From an uncultured bacterium (GTDB taxonomy: Bacteria > Hydrothermota > UBA3072): 64,000 bases of DNA. Under the pieces are notes generated by a model. That model ran no database searches. It saw only the letters and a list, made by a program, of their open reading frames with translations, and was not told where the DNA came from. A program made the translations under genes and the position numbers. Below are positions 40,843-51,193 of this stretch, piece by piece (position 1 is the first letter of the stretch; each line of letters opens with the position of its first letter). The stretch lies in contig CAZGHN010000007.1 of the NCBI GenBank assembly GCA_964525555.1, positions 63,851 through 127,850 on the forward strand, read 5' to 3'.

Positions 40843-41997
40843 TTAAACAAAAAAATCTTTTATTATATCACAAACGTACACAATCTCCTCGTTCGATAAC
40901 TCCGAAAAGATCGGCAACGATAACACTTCCAAGCCAGCCTTTTCGGAAACGGGTAAATCTCCTTCTTCATAACCAAGCGATTTAAAACATTCCTGCAAAT
41001 GTAATGGTAAAGGATAATATATTTTACTATCAATACCTTTCTCCTTTAAATAAGCTGCCATTTCATCTCTCTTGCCATTCTTAACGCGAATAGTGTATTG
41101 ATGAAAAATATGTTTACGCTCTGAAGTCACATGTGGACAATCTATTTCTTCAACATCTTTCAAAATATCCGAATAAAGCGCTGCATTTTCTTCTCTTTCC
41201 TGATTCCATTTATCAAGATATGGCAATTCAGTCAAGAGGACTGCTGCCTGTATTGTATCCAGCCTGCTGTTATAACCTATCCACGAATGATAATATCCTT
41301 CTACGGCTCCGTGAAATCTTAACGTTCGGAGTTTATCTGCAAGCTCTTCATCATCGGTCGTTATTATTCCCCCATCCCCGTATCCTCCTAAATTCTTAGT
41401 TGGAAAAAACGAAAATCCTCCAAGTATACCTATAGAACCCGCCTTCTTACCTTTATATTCCGCACCAATAGACTGACAGGCATCTTCCACAACATAGATA
41501 TTGTTTTGCTTTGAAATCTCAATAATTGGATCCATATCAGCCATTTGTCCATATAAATGAACTGGCATTATGACCTTTATTTTAGACAACTCGGTTTGCA
41601 GTCTTTGAGTATGAAAGGACTTTCCTTCCAATAATTCCTTTATTTTTTGCGGATCAATATTATAAGTATCTTCTTTGATATCTACAAATACCGGTGTTGC
41701 ACCAACATTATGAATGGCACCAGCTGTTGCAAAGAAAGTAAAAGGTGTAGTTATTACAAAATCTTCTCTTCCTACCCCTAAATTTCTTAAACTCAGTAAG
41801 AGCGCATCGGTTCCCGAAGCAACAGCAATAGAATATTTTGTATTGCAATATTCCGCAATTTTTTCCTCTAATTTCCCCACCTCTTCACCAAGAATAAAAT
41901 GCTGAGACTCCAGCACTCTTTCAATAGCCATATTGATCTCTTTTTTTATAGAATTATAGCGTCGAGCTAAGTCTAGTAACGGAACTTTCATTATCAT
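40843..41997 (-). CDS. DegT/DnrJ/EryC1/StrS-family PLP-dependent sugar aminotransferase
   Basis: HFILGEEV...ASGTDALLLSL...; 384 aa typical of the family. Confidence 0.8.
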   Translation of the reverse strand: MIMKVPLLDLARRYNSIKKEINMAIERVLESQHFILGEEVGKLEEKIAEYCNTKYSIAVASGTDALLLSLRNLGVGREDFVITTPFTFFATAGAIHNVGATPVFVDIKEDTYNIDPQKIKELLEGKSFHTQRLQTELSKIKVIMPVHLYGQMADMDPIIEISKQNNIYVVEDACQSIGAEYKGKKAGSIGILGGFSFFPTKNLGGYGDGGIITTDDEELADKLRTLRFHGAVEGYYHSWIGYNSRLDTIQAAVLLTELPYLDKWNQEREENAALYSDILKDVEEIDCPHVTSERKHIFHQYTIRVKNGKRDEMAAYLKEKGIDSKIYYPLPLHLQECFKSLGYEEGDLPVSEKAGLEVLSLPIFSELSNEEIVYVCDIIKDFFV

Positions 41998-42121
41998 CTC
42001 CTTTCTTTTTTCTATTTCAACATTCCTACCGTACCCAAAGATCTTCGAAATTTCCGAAACAAAAAACTATTATTTCTTAACCACCACTCTCAAATCTTCC
42101 GAAAATCGTCTAAAATCCCAA

Positions 42122-43147
42122 TCAAATATATGAATTTTTATACCATTCGAAAAACCTTCTAATTCCTTCCTCTATAGTAACACTTGGGCTGTAACTTAAC
42201 AATCTTTTTGCTTTACTTATATCAGCAAAAGTCGTAGGAACATCACCCATCTGGGAATCCAGTTCTTTTATTTTTAACTTCTTCCCAGAGACTTTCTCCA
42301 AAATATCTATCATATTTTTTAGAGTAATCGTTCTTCCGCTGCCAATGTTAATTATATCAAAATTAAATGGGATTTCCAGAGAAGAAAGAATACAATCAAT
42401 ACAATCACTTATATATGTGTAATCACGAAGAGAAGTTCCGTCTCCAAACATTGGAATCGGTTCATCCTCCAATATAAGCTTAATGAATGTTCTTATTGCC
42501 ATATCAGGACGCTGCCTTTCGCCGTAAACCGTAAAAAATCTTAAAATCGTCATAGGAATACCATATAAATTATTGTAAGTCCTACAGAATAGCTCCGCAG
42601 CTCTTTTGGCAGTCGCGTACGGAGAAATTTGAAGTTCGACCGGATCGTCTTCCGAAAAAGGCGTCTTATTGTTTATTCCGTAAACAGAAGAAGAAGACGC
42701 AAACACAAATTGTTCGACATTGTATTCTTTTGCTGTTTCAAGTAAATTAACCGTGCCTTTCACATCAACATCTACATATATACTAGGATTTACAATTGAA
42801 GGACGGACACCGGCCATTGCAGCAAGATGTACTATTATACTAGGGCTCAGGTATTGGGTATCAGGTTCTCTATTTTTATGAGAAGAAATTTCCAAATTTC
42901 CGGAAAAGATCTTATGAAGCAAATCAACATCTAAAATATCACCTCGAATTAACTTAAAATTTGGATTTCCAATAACCCCTGAAATATTTTCTTCTTTTAA
43001 CTTTGGATCATAGTAGTTATTAAAATTATCAAGACACAAAACAAAATATTTCTTCTCAATCAATTTTTCGATCAGATGAGAACCAATAAATCCTGCTCCT
43101 CCGGTAACAAGAACAGCTTTTTCAATCAATTTAAAACTCCTTTCCAC
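42122..43147 (-). CDS. NAD-dependent epimerase/dehydratase (UDP-glucuronate 4-epimerase-like)
   Basis: VLVTGGAGFIGSHL; FASSSSVYG; YATAK. Confidence 0.75.
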   Translation of the reverse strand: MERSFKLIEKAVLVTGGAGFIGSHLIEKLIEKKYFVLCLDNFNNYYDPKLKEENISGVIGNPNFKLIRGDILDVDLLHKIFSGNLEISSHKNREPDTQYLSPSIIVHLAAMAGVRPSIVNPSIYVDVDVKGTVNLLETAKEYNVEQFVFASSSSVYGINNKTPFSEDDPVELQISPYATAKRAAELFCRTYNNLYGIPMTILRFFTVYGERQRPDMAIRTFIKLILEDEPIPMFGDGTSLRDYTYISDCIDCILSSLEIPFNFDIINIGSGRTITLKNMIDILEKVSGKKLKIKELDSQMGDVPTTFADISKAKRLLSYSPSVTIEEGIRRFFEWYKNSYI

Positions 43148-44244
43148 AGACTTTCTATTCCGTCCACGGTTTTATCTATTGAAAATTTTTCCTTGACTCT
43201 CCTAAAACCTTCTTCGCCAAATTTCTTTCTCATCTGATCATTTTCAAGCAGATCTTTAATTTTCTCTGCCAATTTAACAGGATTCCCCGATTTTACAATA
43301 TAGCCAGTCTTGTTATCCAATACTACCTCCTTATTACCCCCAACATTCGTTGCAACCACAGGAAGTCCGGCAGCCATAGCTTCTAAGATAACAACCGGAA
43401 AGCCTTCAGAAAGGGAAGGAAGGACAAAAACATCCATTACCTGAAGAAGCTCAATAATATCACTCCGCTCGCCCAAAAACAAGGCCTTTACACCCAAATC
43501 AAGAGCCTTTTTCTTAAGAGAATCTTCATCCTTACCACTCCCTACAATCAGTAACTCGGCATCGACTTTGCTTTGAACTATCTTGGATGCCTCCAACAAG
43601 ACGCTTATCCCCTTAGTCGGCTCATACAATCGGCCAACAGTTCCAAATACCTTTGAACCCGAAATTAAACCCAATTTTCTTAACTTTTTCTTTCTATCCA
43701 CTTTTACAAACAAAGACTCTAAATCTATACCATTAGGAATAGTTACTATGGTCTCCCTTTTAATACCTACATCTTTTACAAGAAATTCGGTAACCGCCTC
43801 AGAACAGGAATATATAACATAACTTAAAGGAGCCGTTATTCTATCTAAAAACTTCTGCATGGGACCCATCCATTTCCATACTCCTCTAACAGAAGAAATA
43901 TTATGGATACCAAGCAAAGAACCAAAAATCCGACTTGGAATATAAGCACGATAGAGAAAAGCAATTATTAAATCAGGAGGGCTTCTTCTCAAATAAAGAA
44001 AATATCTCCATAAAACCCTAAAATCAAACCTGCCTTTACCAAATAGGGATACACATTCGATTCCACTGGTTTCTAATTTATCAGAAATAGGACCCCAATC
44101 TTTAAAAGCAAGAACTTTAATATCATACCCACGTTCTTTCAATTTTGGAGCAATTCTTGCAATCATATTTTCACTTCCTCCAAGAGTATATCCGACAGTA
44201 ACAAAAAGAATATTTTCAACTGGTTTCATTAAGAATATTCCCAT
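43126..44244 (-). CDS. Glycosyltransferase family 1 (GT4-type)
   Basis: EGFPVVILEAMAAGLPVVATNVGG. Confidence 0.7.
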   Translation of the reverse strand: MGIFLMKPVENILFVTVGYTLGGSENMIARIAPKLKERGYDIKVLAFKDWGPISDKLETSGIECVSLFGKGRFDFRVLWRYFLYLRRSPPDLIIAFLYRAYIPSRIFGSLLGIHNISSVRGVWKWMGPMQKFLDRITAPLSYVIYSCSEAVTEFLVKDVGIKRETIVTIPNGIDLESLFVKVDRKKKLRKLGLISGSKVFGTVGRLYEPTKGISVLLEASKIVQSKVDAELLIVGSGKDEDSLKKKALDLGVKALFLGERSDIIELLQVMDVFVLPSLSEGFPVVILEAMAAGLPVVATNVGGNKEVVLDNKTGYIVKSGNPVKLAEKIKDLLENDQMRKKFGEEGFRRVKEKFSIDKTVDGIESLWKGVLN

Positions 44245-46826
44245 CCCATATCTTCGGTAAAAACACTATATATCTTACCTTCTTCAAACCAGGCATTAAG
44301 TGCATTTTGGGCTTCAAGACTCGTCCTCACCACTGAAATTTCCGTAGGTAAAGACTCCAAAAAAACCGAACCGTACGATTTATTGATAACCCTTGTATCG
44401 AGTATAAAGACAACACCGGAGTCGGTCGTAGAACGAATCAATCTCCCAAATCCCTGTTTTAGTCTTAGAACCGAAAGAGGAAGAATATAATATGAAAAAC
44501 CGCCAAGTCCTTTTTTCTCAAAATAAGAGGATTTTGCACCCACTAACGGTTCCGAGGGATTTGGAAATGGTAATTTCTCTATAATAACAATCTCCAGAGG
44601 TTTTCCAGGTACATCAATCCCTTGCCAAAAAGAACCTGTTCCAAAAAGGACCGAAGTTGGATTTTCCTTAAAAAGAGTCAGCAGTTTCCTTCTTGACTTA
44701 CCAAAACCTTGTATTAAAAGCTCTCTCCCAACCGCATCGAAAGAAGAGGAAACCTGCTGATAAACCGCCTTCATATGCTTATAGGACATAAACAAAACCA
44801 ATGTGCCTCTTTCTTCCGGGATAATAACATCCGTGATAAAATTACTGACCTGCTTTATAAAATCCTCTTCTCCCGCTGAGGGATCGGAAATATAGGCGGG
44901 AATAATGGTTAAAGCCTGCTCTTTAAATCTATAAGTTTCCGGAAGGGAAACTTCCCTTAGCCTTTCGCCAAGACTGTTCAAACCCAAAATATTTTTTATA
45001 AAATCAAACGATTCACCAACCGTCAATGTCGCAGAAGTCATAACAAAGGAATCGAGATTAGGATAAAGCAGATCTTCGAGATAGGTTGCAACGACGAGAG
45101 GGGCGGCGATTATTTCAATAGAAGAAAGCCTCTGACGATAAGGAATTCTATAGTAAAAAACTCTTTCTTCCTCATTTTGTTCTATTATAACCTTCAATTT
45201 AAAAATAATCTCCTTCAGTTTTTCTTTTTCACTATCATCTTCTAACTTTATTGAAGAAAGAAGTTCTGTGATTTCCTCAAGTGTTTCCTGAATAAAACGT
45301 AATGCCGAAATTTCCTGATTTTTATATATTCCTTCTCTATAATCATTAATGGAAAGGACCTTCTCAGCGATTTTTTCAAAAGATTCTTTTGCTTTATCAA
45401 GCGCTTTCTTTATTTTCTTAAGAATTTCACCCTTTTTTAAATCTCTTGATAAGTTATTAAGAACATATTGTACCTCTCCAAAACTTACACTCATCGAATA
45501 ACCTGAGGTCGCAGCCCTTTCTAATTCATGAGCTTCATCAAAAATAACTCTATTGACATTCAGGTTCCCTGTAAAAAATAGTGCATGATTTACAAGTATA
45601 ATATCCGCATCGATTAATCTCTTCTTCATATTATGGAAAAAGCAAAAATCATAATAAGAACACTTATCCTTTTTACAGGTTTCATCCATAGAAACCAAAC
45701 CTGCATTTATCTCCCTAAACACATAAGAAATTTCAGAAAGGTCACCTGTCCTCGTAATAGAACTCCATAAAATAAGGGCACACAGAGAAATCGGCTCGAG
45801 GTCTCTCGGCATCTCTCCGGTTTTCTTCAAACATACATAATTGGAACGACCCTTTTGTAAAACGGTATTTACTCCGCAGCCGGTTATCTCTTCGGCAAAA
45901 GGAATATCGTTATTAAAAAGCTGCTGTTGAAGATTCTTTGTATAACTTGAAATATATACAGGTTCGTGATCTTCTCTGTTAATCAATATACTGGGAAGAA
46001 GATATGCCAGTGATTTCCCTGTACCAGCGGATGATTCAACAAGAAGAAATTCCCCGTTAACGAGTGTCGATTGTACCAATTCCGCCATTTTAAGTTGTGA
46101 CGGTCTTACCTCAAGAAGTTCATTGTCAAAATATTCCTTTATTGAGGAATAATCTTTTCCATCACCTTTGCCTCTGTTCTCTCTGAAATTTACCGGAATT
46201 TCAAACGGATAAAACTCTCTATTTATACCTCTATGTAAAGAAATCTCCATAGCTTTTTTTATCAGCTCACCTTCAGGGTATTTACCATCAATAATATCAA
46301 GTTGTTTTTTTAATACTTCCGGATCAAGATTTGTCATCAAATCAAATATCTTTAAAAAGAGCGTACCCGCCATCGCTGCATCGTCACTTGCTCTATGTGC
46401 ATTCTCATACGGAATTTTAAAATATTCTACAATGCTTGAAAGACTATGACTTGTAACAAAAGGTAAAAATATCCTACTTAGATTAAATGTATCATAGGCT
46501 ACGTTATCGATTGGTAAACTTTTCTGCAAAAAACTTATGTCAAATCCGATATTATGCCCGACTATCGGTTTACCTTTTATGAATTCCTCTATTTCGTGAA
46601 CAATTTTCTCCAAAGTAGGACTTGCGTCAAGCTCCGACTGCTTAATTCCGGTCAGCATTAATACATTATCGGAAACTGTTTTACGTGGATTTACAGTCTT
46701 TGAAAATTTTTCTACAATCTCACCATTTTCAAAATAAACAAGACCAACTTCGATTATAGTCTCAAGACTAGGATCCAGACCCGTCGTTTCGAGATCAACA
46801 GCAACAAAAGATTCAAATTTTTCCAT
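44229..46826 (-). CDS. dinG: DinG-family ATP-dependent helicase with N-terminal DnaQ-like 3'-5' exonuclease domain
   Basis: Exonuclease motif I FVAVDLETTGLDP; helicase Walker A ESSAGTGKSLAYLLP; DEAH-like FDEAHELE. Confidence 0.75.
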   Translation of the reverse strand: MEKFESFVAVDLETTGLDPSLETIIEVGLVYFENGEIVEKFSKTVNPRKTVSDNVLMLTGIKQSELDASPTLEKIVHEIEEFIKGKPIVGHNIGFDISFLQKSLPIDNVAYDTFNLSRIFLPFVTSHSLSSIVEYFKIPYENAHRASDDAAMAGTLFLKIFDLMTNLDPEVLKKQLDIIDGKYPEGELIKKAMEISLHRGINREFYPFEIPVNFRENRGKGDGKDYSSIKEYFDNELLEVRPSQLKMAELVQSTLVNGEFLLVESSAGTGKSLAYLLPSILINREDHEPVYISSYTKNLQQQLFNNDIPFAEEITGCGVNTVLQKGRSNYVCLKKTGEMPRDLEPISLCALILWSSITRTGDLSEISYVFREINAGLVSMDETCKKDKCSYYDFCFFHNMKKRLIDADIILVNHALFFTGNLNVNRVIFDEAHELERAATSGYSMSVSFGEVQYVLNNLSRDLKKGEILKKIKKALDKAKESFEKIAEKVLSINDYREGIYKNQEISALRFIQETLEEITELLSSIKLEDDSEKEKLKEIIFKLKVIIEQNEEERVFYYRIPYRQRLSSIEIIAAPLVVATYLEDLLYPNLDSFVMTSATLTVGESFDFIKNILGLNSLGERLREVSLPETYRFKEQALTIIPAYISDPSAGEEDFIKQVSNFITDVIIPEERGTLVLFMSYKHMKAVYQQVSSSFDAVGRELLIQGFGKSRRKLLTLFKENPTSVLFGTGSFWQGIDVPGKPLEIVIIEKLPFPNPSEPLVGAKSSYFEKKGLGGFSYYILPLSVLRLKQGFGRLIRSTTDSGVVFILDTRVINKSYGSVFLESLPTEISVVRTSLEAQNALNAWFEEGKIYSVFTEDMGWEYS

Positions 46827-47520
46827 TTATAAGTTCTTTCAACGCTCTGACTTCTTTAGTTTTAAGCTTTCGCCACTGCCCTGTTTCAAGATCAGAAAGC
46901 TTAAGATTCCCGACCCTTACACGTTTAAGTCTCTCTGCCCTGTACCCCAACATGCCGAGCATCCTCCTTATTTCTCTGTTTTTGCCTTCCTTTAAAGTTA
47001 TGGATATCTTCTTATTTCCTTTAAAAACGACTCTGTCTGCTTTAAGATAATCACCCCCAACTTCGATTCCTTTTTCCATCTTTTTAAGTTCTTTCCCGGG
47101 CATTCTTGGCAATATAACCTCATACTCTTTTTCAATCTCAAACGATGGATGAGTTAAACCATGGATCAAAACTCCATCATCTGTAATCAAAAGAAGTCCC
47201 TCGGAATCTTCATCGAGCCTTCCTACCGGAACAAGACCCTTTTCACGCCCCGGAATCAAATCCATTACAGTTTTTCTTCCGAACTCATCGGAAACTGTAG
47301 TAATAAATCCCCTTGGTTTATTCAAAATTATATAAGTCCAATCTTTAGGAATCTTAAGTGGTTCGCCTTTAAACTCGACTAAATCTTCTTCAGGATTTAC
47401 CTGAAAAAAAGGTTCCGATATAACCTTCCCGTTAACCTTAACTAACCCCTTTTCAATCAGGGTCTTCGCTTCCCTTCTGGAGACTAGCCCCGCTCTCGCC
47501 AAAAAACGCTGAATCCTCAT
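46813..47520 (-). CDS. rluB: rRNA pseudouridine synthase (RsuA/RluB family, S4 domain)
   Basis: RIQRFLARAGLVSRREAKTLIEKGLVKVNGKV (S4); GRLDEDSEGLLLITDDG. Confidence 0.75.
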   Translation of the reverse strand: MRIQRFLARAGLVSRREAKTLIEKGLVKVNGKVISEPFFQVNPEEDLVEFKGEPLKIPKDWTYIILNKPRGFITTVSDEFGRKTVMDLIPGREKGLVPVGRLDEDSEGLLLITDDGVLIHGLTHPSFEIEKEYEVILPRMPGKELKKMEKGIEVGGDYLKADRVVFKGNKKISITLKEGKNREIRRMLGMLGYRAERLKRVRVGNLKLSDLETGQWRKLKTKEVRALKELINGKI

Positions 47521-48025
47521 TTTCTATTACAGGAAGATCTTCAAGAGACTCCAAATGAAAAGTCTCTAAAAATTTCCCGGTAGTACCATACAAAAAAGGA
47601 TGGCCAAAAATATCTTCTTTACCAACAACCTTTATCAAACCTGCATCTTGAAGAGTATGAATAACTCCTGAGCTATCGACACCTCTTATTGCTTCTATGT
47701 CTCTACGTGTTATAGGCTGCCTGTAGGCAATAACGGCTAATGTTGTTAATGCAGCTTTAGATAAATACAATTCTCTTTTGCCAGATAACTTCTTAATTAT
47801 TTCTAAAAATTCGGGTTTTGTGAAAAGACTATAACCTTTATTAACTTTTCTAACCACAAAAGCTCTATCTGTTTCTTCGTACTCTTTTTCCAAAACAGCC
47901 AACGTTTTTTCAATTACACCAACACTGCATCCTAAAACATCAGCCATTTTTCTGGAACTCAAAGGCTCAGATGAAACAAATAATAAAGCTTCTATCGATT
48001 TTTTAATATCTTCAGCAACCGACAT
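47453..48025 (-). CDS. scpB: Segregation and condensation protein B
   Basis: IEALLFVSSEPLS...; winged-helix pair; 190 aa. Confidence 0.7.
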   Translation of the reverse strand: MSVAEDIKKSIEALLFVSSEPLSSRKMADVLGCSVGVIEKTLAVLEKEYEETDRAFVVRKVNKGYSLFTKPEFLEIIKKLSGKRELYLSKAALTTLAVIAYRQPITRRDIEAIRGVDSSGVIHTLQDAGLIKVVGKEDIFGHPFLYGTTGKFLETFHLESLEDLPVIENEDSAFFGESGASLQKGSEDPD

Positions 48026-49476
48026 ATTTCTTCGATTTTTAATATATAACTCATACCGACAAAAATCAAGCCGAAAATCAAACCTCCTAAAATAAGAGCA
48101 AAGATATTACCCAACGATTTCTGTATATAAAAAACAGGAACAGCGGCAGTTAAAGAGACAAATATTATACGGATAAAAAATGAACGTAAATCTCTTAAAA
48201 CTTTCCGATATGGTCTTACGAGCAATACAAACTGTATCATTCCGGAAATCGAAACGGCAAGAGCCAACCCTCTAACACCTAAAGCATTTAATAGAATCAC
48301 CGCCAGAATTACATTAAAGAGCATAGTAATGTAGCTTATCTTCATGGGCGTTTTCGTATCTTTTCTGGAAAAATACACATTACCTACAACTTTAACACCC
48401 GCAATAAAAGGTATCCCTATAAGATAATATAAAAGAATAGCAGCGGTGCTAATTGAATCCTGCGACATAAAAGCACCGCGTTCATAAATGATACGAACCG
48501 CTGAAAGACGGAGAGAAAACAGCAAAAATACTGAAGGAATAGAAAGCAAAAAGACCGCTCTAAGCGAAGATAATATATAAGGATATTGGTCTGTTTTACT
48601 AGCCGCCTTCCTTGAAAGTTCGGGAAGAGACACAACCGCTACAGCCACTCCGAACATTCCCAGGGGCAACTGTACCAGTCTGAATGCATAACTCAAATGA
48701 GAAATACTCCCTACAGGCAGAAGCGAAGCAAGAAAAAGAGTAACAGCTACATTTATTCTACTGGCAGCAAAGGAAAAAAATACGGGAATTAAAAGACGAA
48801 AAGATTGCTTAACCCCGGTATGTCCCCACTCCGGTTTTTTTAACTTTATACCGGACCTGGGAAGAAAAAGAAGCAAAAACAATAATTGTATTACTCCGCC
48901 TGCAAGAATTCCGATCCCAGCTCCAAAAATACCAAATTTTTTGTACAATAGAAGCGACAATAGAACAACCGAAATATTAAATAAAGCAGGATAAATACCC
49001 GTTATAAAAAACCGGTCAAAATACATCAAAATACCCATAAAAACAGATGCAAGTGAAATAAGTATAAGAAAAGGAAACATCATTCTTGTCAAATTAACGG
49101 CTGTCTCGTACTGGGGTGAATCTTTAGGAAATCCACCTGCGAGCAATGAAATTATAAAGGGCGAAAATATAATTCCTAAAGAAACTACAACAACGAGTGC
49201 TATAATTAAAGGTAAGAGAAAAGAAGATAGATATCTATTGGCACTTTCCTGACCCTCTTTTGAATGGTACTCCGAAAAAACCGGTACAAAAGCGGCATTC
49301 ATACCCCCTTCGCCAAAAAAATCTCTAAGGAGATTTGGGATATTGAAAGCCACACGAAAAGCATCCATAAAAGCAGAAGAGCCAAAAAGATAAGCAAAAA
49401 CCACTTCTCTTCCCATCCCCGTTACTCTCGATAAAAGAGTACCTAAACTAAATCCCCCAACTTTCTTCAATTTCAT
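47992..49476 (-). CDS. murJ: Lipid II flippase MurJ (MviN family)
   Basis: GTLLSRVTGMGREVVFAYLFG N-terminus; 14 TM. Confidence 0.8.
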   Translation of the reverse strand: MKLKKVGGFSLGTLLSRVTGMGREVVFAYLFGSSAFMDAFRVAFNIPNLLRDFFGEGGMNAAFVPVFSEYHSKEGQESANRYLSSFLLPLIIALVVVVSLGIIFSPFIISLLAGGFPKDSPQYETAVNLTRMMFPFLILISLASVFMGILMYFDRFFITGIYPALFNISVVLLSLLLYKKFGIFGAGIGILAGGVIQLLFLLLFLPRSGIKLKKPEWGHTGVKQSFRLLIPVFFSFAASRINVAVTLFLASLLPVGSISHLSYAFRLVQLPLGMFGVAVAVVSLPELSRKAASKTDQYPYILSSLRAVFLLSIPSVFLLFSLRLSAVRIIYERGAFMSQDSISTAAILLYYLIGIPFIAGVKVVGNVYFSRKDTKTPMKISYITMLFNVILAVILLNALGVRGLALAVSISGMIQFVLLVRPYRKVLRDLRSFFIRIIFVSLTAAVPVFYIQKSLGNIFALILGGLIFGLIFVGMSYILKIEEICRLLKILKNR

Positions 49477-49741
49477 AACATTAAGGGAACCAGGGTTTCA
49501 AGATTCAAGGTTTCAAGGGTTAAAAAACAAAAGCTTTCGAGTTTTCGAAGGTTCATGTCTCCGAGTCCTTTTTTCCCAGAGATTTTATCAGTCCCTTTAA
49601 CATTGATTCTAATAATTTTGCGTCTTCCAAAAGTTCTCCTTTCTCATTAATAAGCCAAAAAATGTGTTTATCTTTATACTATTTTACTATTTCACTAATT
49701 TACTAATTAACTTGGGATGTGGTAGTGCCGGAAGGGTAGTT

Positions 49742-49816
49742 TCGGGGCGAGTGGATTTGAACCACCGACCTCCTGCTCCCGAAGCAGGCGCGCTAACCAG
49801 GCTGCGCTACGCCCCG
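49742..49816 (-). tRNA. tRNA-Pro (anticodon CGG)
   Basis: Reverse complement CGGGGCGTAGCGCAGCCTGGTTAGCGCGCCTGCTTCGGGAGCAGGAGGTCGGTGGTTCAAATCCACTCGCCCCGA. Confidence 0.88.
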
Positions 49817-49818
49817 TC

Positions 49819-50427
49819 TTACCATCCTTTTTTACCCCTAAGGGGCACAAATCTTACACCAATACTATCGGTTTTAACTATTTTATTATTTTCTTTCTTC
49901 AAAACAATAAGCTGTTGTGCAATTATGTCTCCGACCGGAATCACTATTTTTCCATTATCATCCAATTGTTCGATTAATTCATCCGGTACAGAAGGGGCAG
50001 CGGCAGTAACTATTATTCTATCGTAAGGAGCAAATTCCTTATAGCCAATACTACCATCTGCCATTACTACAGTTATATTATTATATCCTAATTTACGCAA
50101 GGTCTCTTTTGCTTCTTTAAAAAGTTTCGGAATTCTCTCAACTGTAATCACACTCATAGCGAGATGAGATATTACTGCAGCCTGGTAACCACTTCCTGTA
50201 CCTATTTCAAGAACTTTATGCTCATCCGATACATCAAGAAGATCAGTCATTAAAGCAACAATATACGGCTGAGATATGGTTTGATCCATACCGATGGGAA
50301 GTGGATTATCCTGGTAAGCAACTCCCTTTAACCCCTCTTCCACAAATTTATGCCTGGGAACCTTTTCCATTGCATCTATAACTCTTTTATCGGTAATGCC
50401 TCTCATCTTTATTTGATTTTCAACCAT
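49819..50427 (-). CDS. pcm: Protein-L-isoaspartate O-methyltransferase
   Basis: VLEIGTGSGYQAAVISHL; 202 aa; downstream of surE, as in the conserved surE-pcm arrangement. Confidence 0.85.
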   Translation of the reverse strand: MVENQIKMRGITDKRVIDAMEKVPRHKFVEEGLKGVAYQDNPLPIGMDQTISQPYIVALMTDLLDVSDEHKVLEIGTGSGYQAAVISHLAMSVITVERIPKLFKEAKETLRKLGYNNITVVMADGSIGYKEFAPYDRIIVTAAAPSVPDELIEQLDDNGKIVIPVGDIIAQQLIVLKKENNKIVKTDSIGVRFVPLRGKKGW

Positions 50428-50449
50428 TTTCTTACGTTGATAATCGTAG

Positions 50450-51193
50450 CTAATAATCTTCCTCCCATACTTTCAGCTTTTTTATCATATCAAAATCCGT
50501 ATATTCCATATGAATTGGAGTGATAGAGACAAAACCTTCATGTACTGCATCAAAGTCCGAATTTGGACAAGACTCCCAAGTAGGACTTTCCCCTTCAAGA
50601 GAGTAAATAAAATCTCTTTTATCTTCTCGAATTTTAACAATCTCATCTCGATAAATTCTATTCCCAAGCCTTGTAATTTTAATTCTGCCATTTGGCTTTG
50701 GAGGTAAATTAACATTTAAAAAGACACCTTCAGGTAATTTACCTTTAAGGACTTGCCTGGTTATCCAATTTACAGCTTTTTTTGCAAAATCTTCTTTAAA
50801 AGAATTATTAAAATCTATCTGAGAAAAAGCAATTGAAGGAATCCTCAGCAATGTACCCTCCATTGCAACCGCGACCGTACCTGAATAAGAAACATCGCTG
50901 CCAAGATTGGCTCCCTGATTAATACCTCCAAGTATAATATCGGGCTTGTTTTTTAAAATACCTCGTACACTGTAAAGTATACAGTCGGTCGGGGTTCCAT
51001 CCGTTGTATAAGTACTTTCGTCTATTTTCTTAACTTTTATACTCTTATGTATGGTAAGAGAATGACTCGAACCGCTTCTTTGCCCCTCCGGTGCAAAAAC
51101 TATCACGCTACCTAAATCATCAACTGCTTCCCGAAGAGCCTTTAACCCTGGAGCATCTATACCGTCATCGTTTGAAACAAGTATCAATGCCAT
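50450..51193 (-). CDS. surE: 5'/3'-nucleotidase SurE
   Basis: ILVSNDDGIDAPGLKAL N-terminal motif. Confidence 0.85.
   Translation of the reverse strand: MALILVSNDDGIDAPGLKALREAVDDLGSVIVFAPEGQRSGSSHSLTIHKSIKVKKIDESTYTTDGTPTDCILYSVRGILKNKPDIILGGINQGANLGSDVSYSGTVAVAMEGTLLRIPSIAFSQIDFNNSFKEDFAKKAVNWITRQVLKGKLPEGVFLNVNLPPKPNGRIKITRLGNRIYRDEIVKIREDKRDFIYSLEGESPTWESCPNSDFDAVHEGFVSITPIHMEYTDFDMIKKLKVWEEDY

Noticed and set aside
49664-50026. 120-aa plus-strand ORF
   Set aside because: Runs across tRNA-Pro(CGG) and antisense to pcm; composition-driven open frame only.
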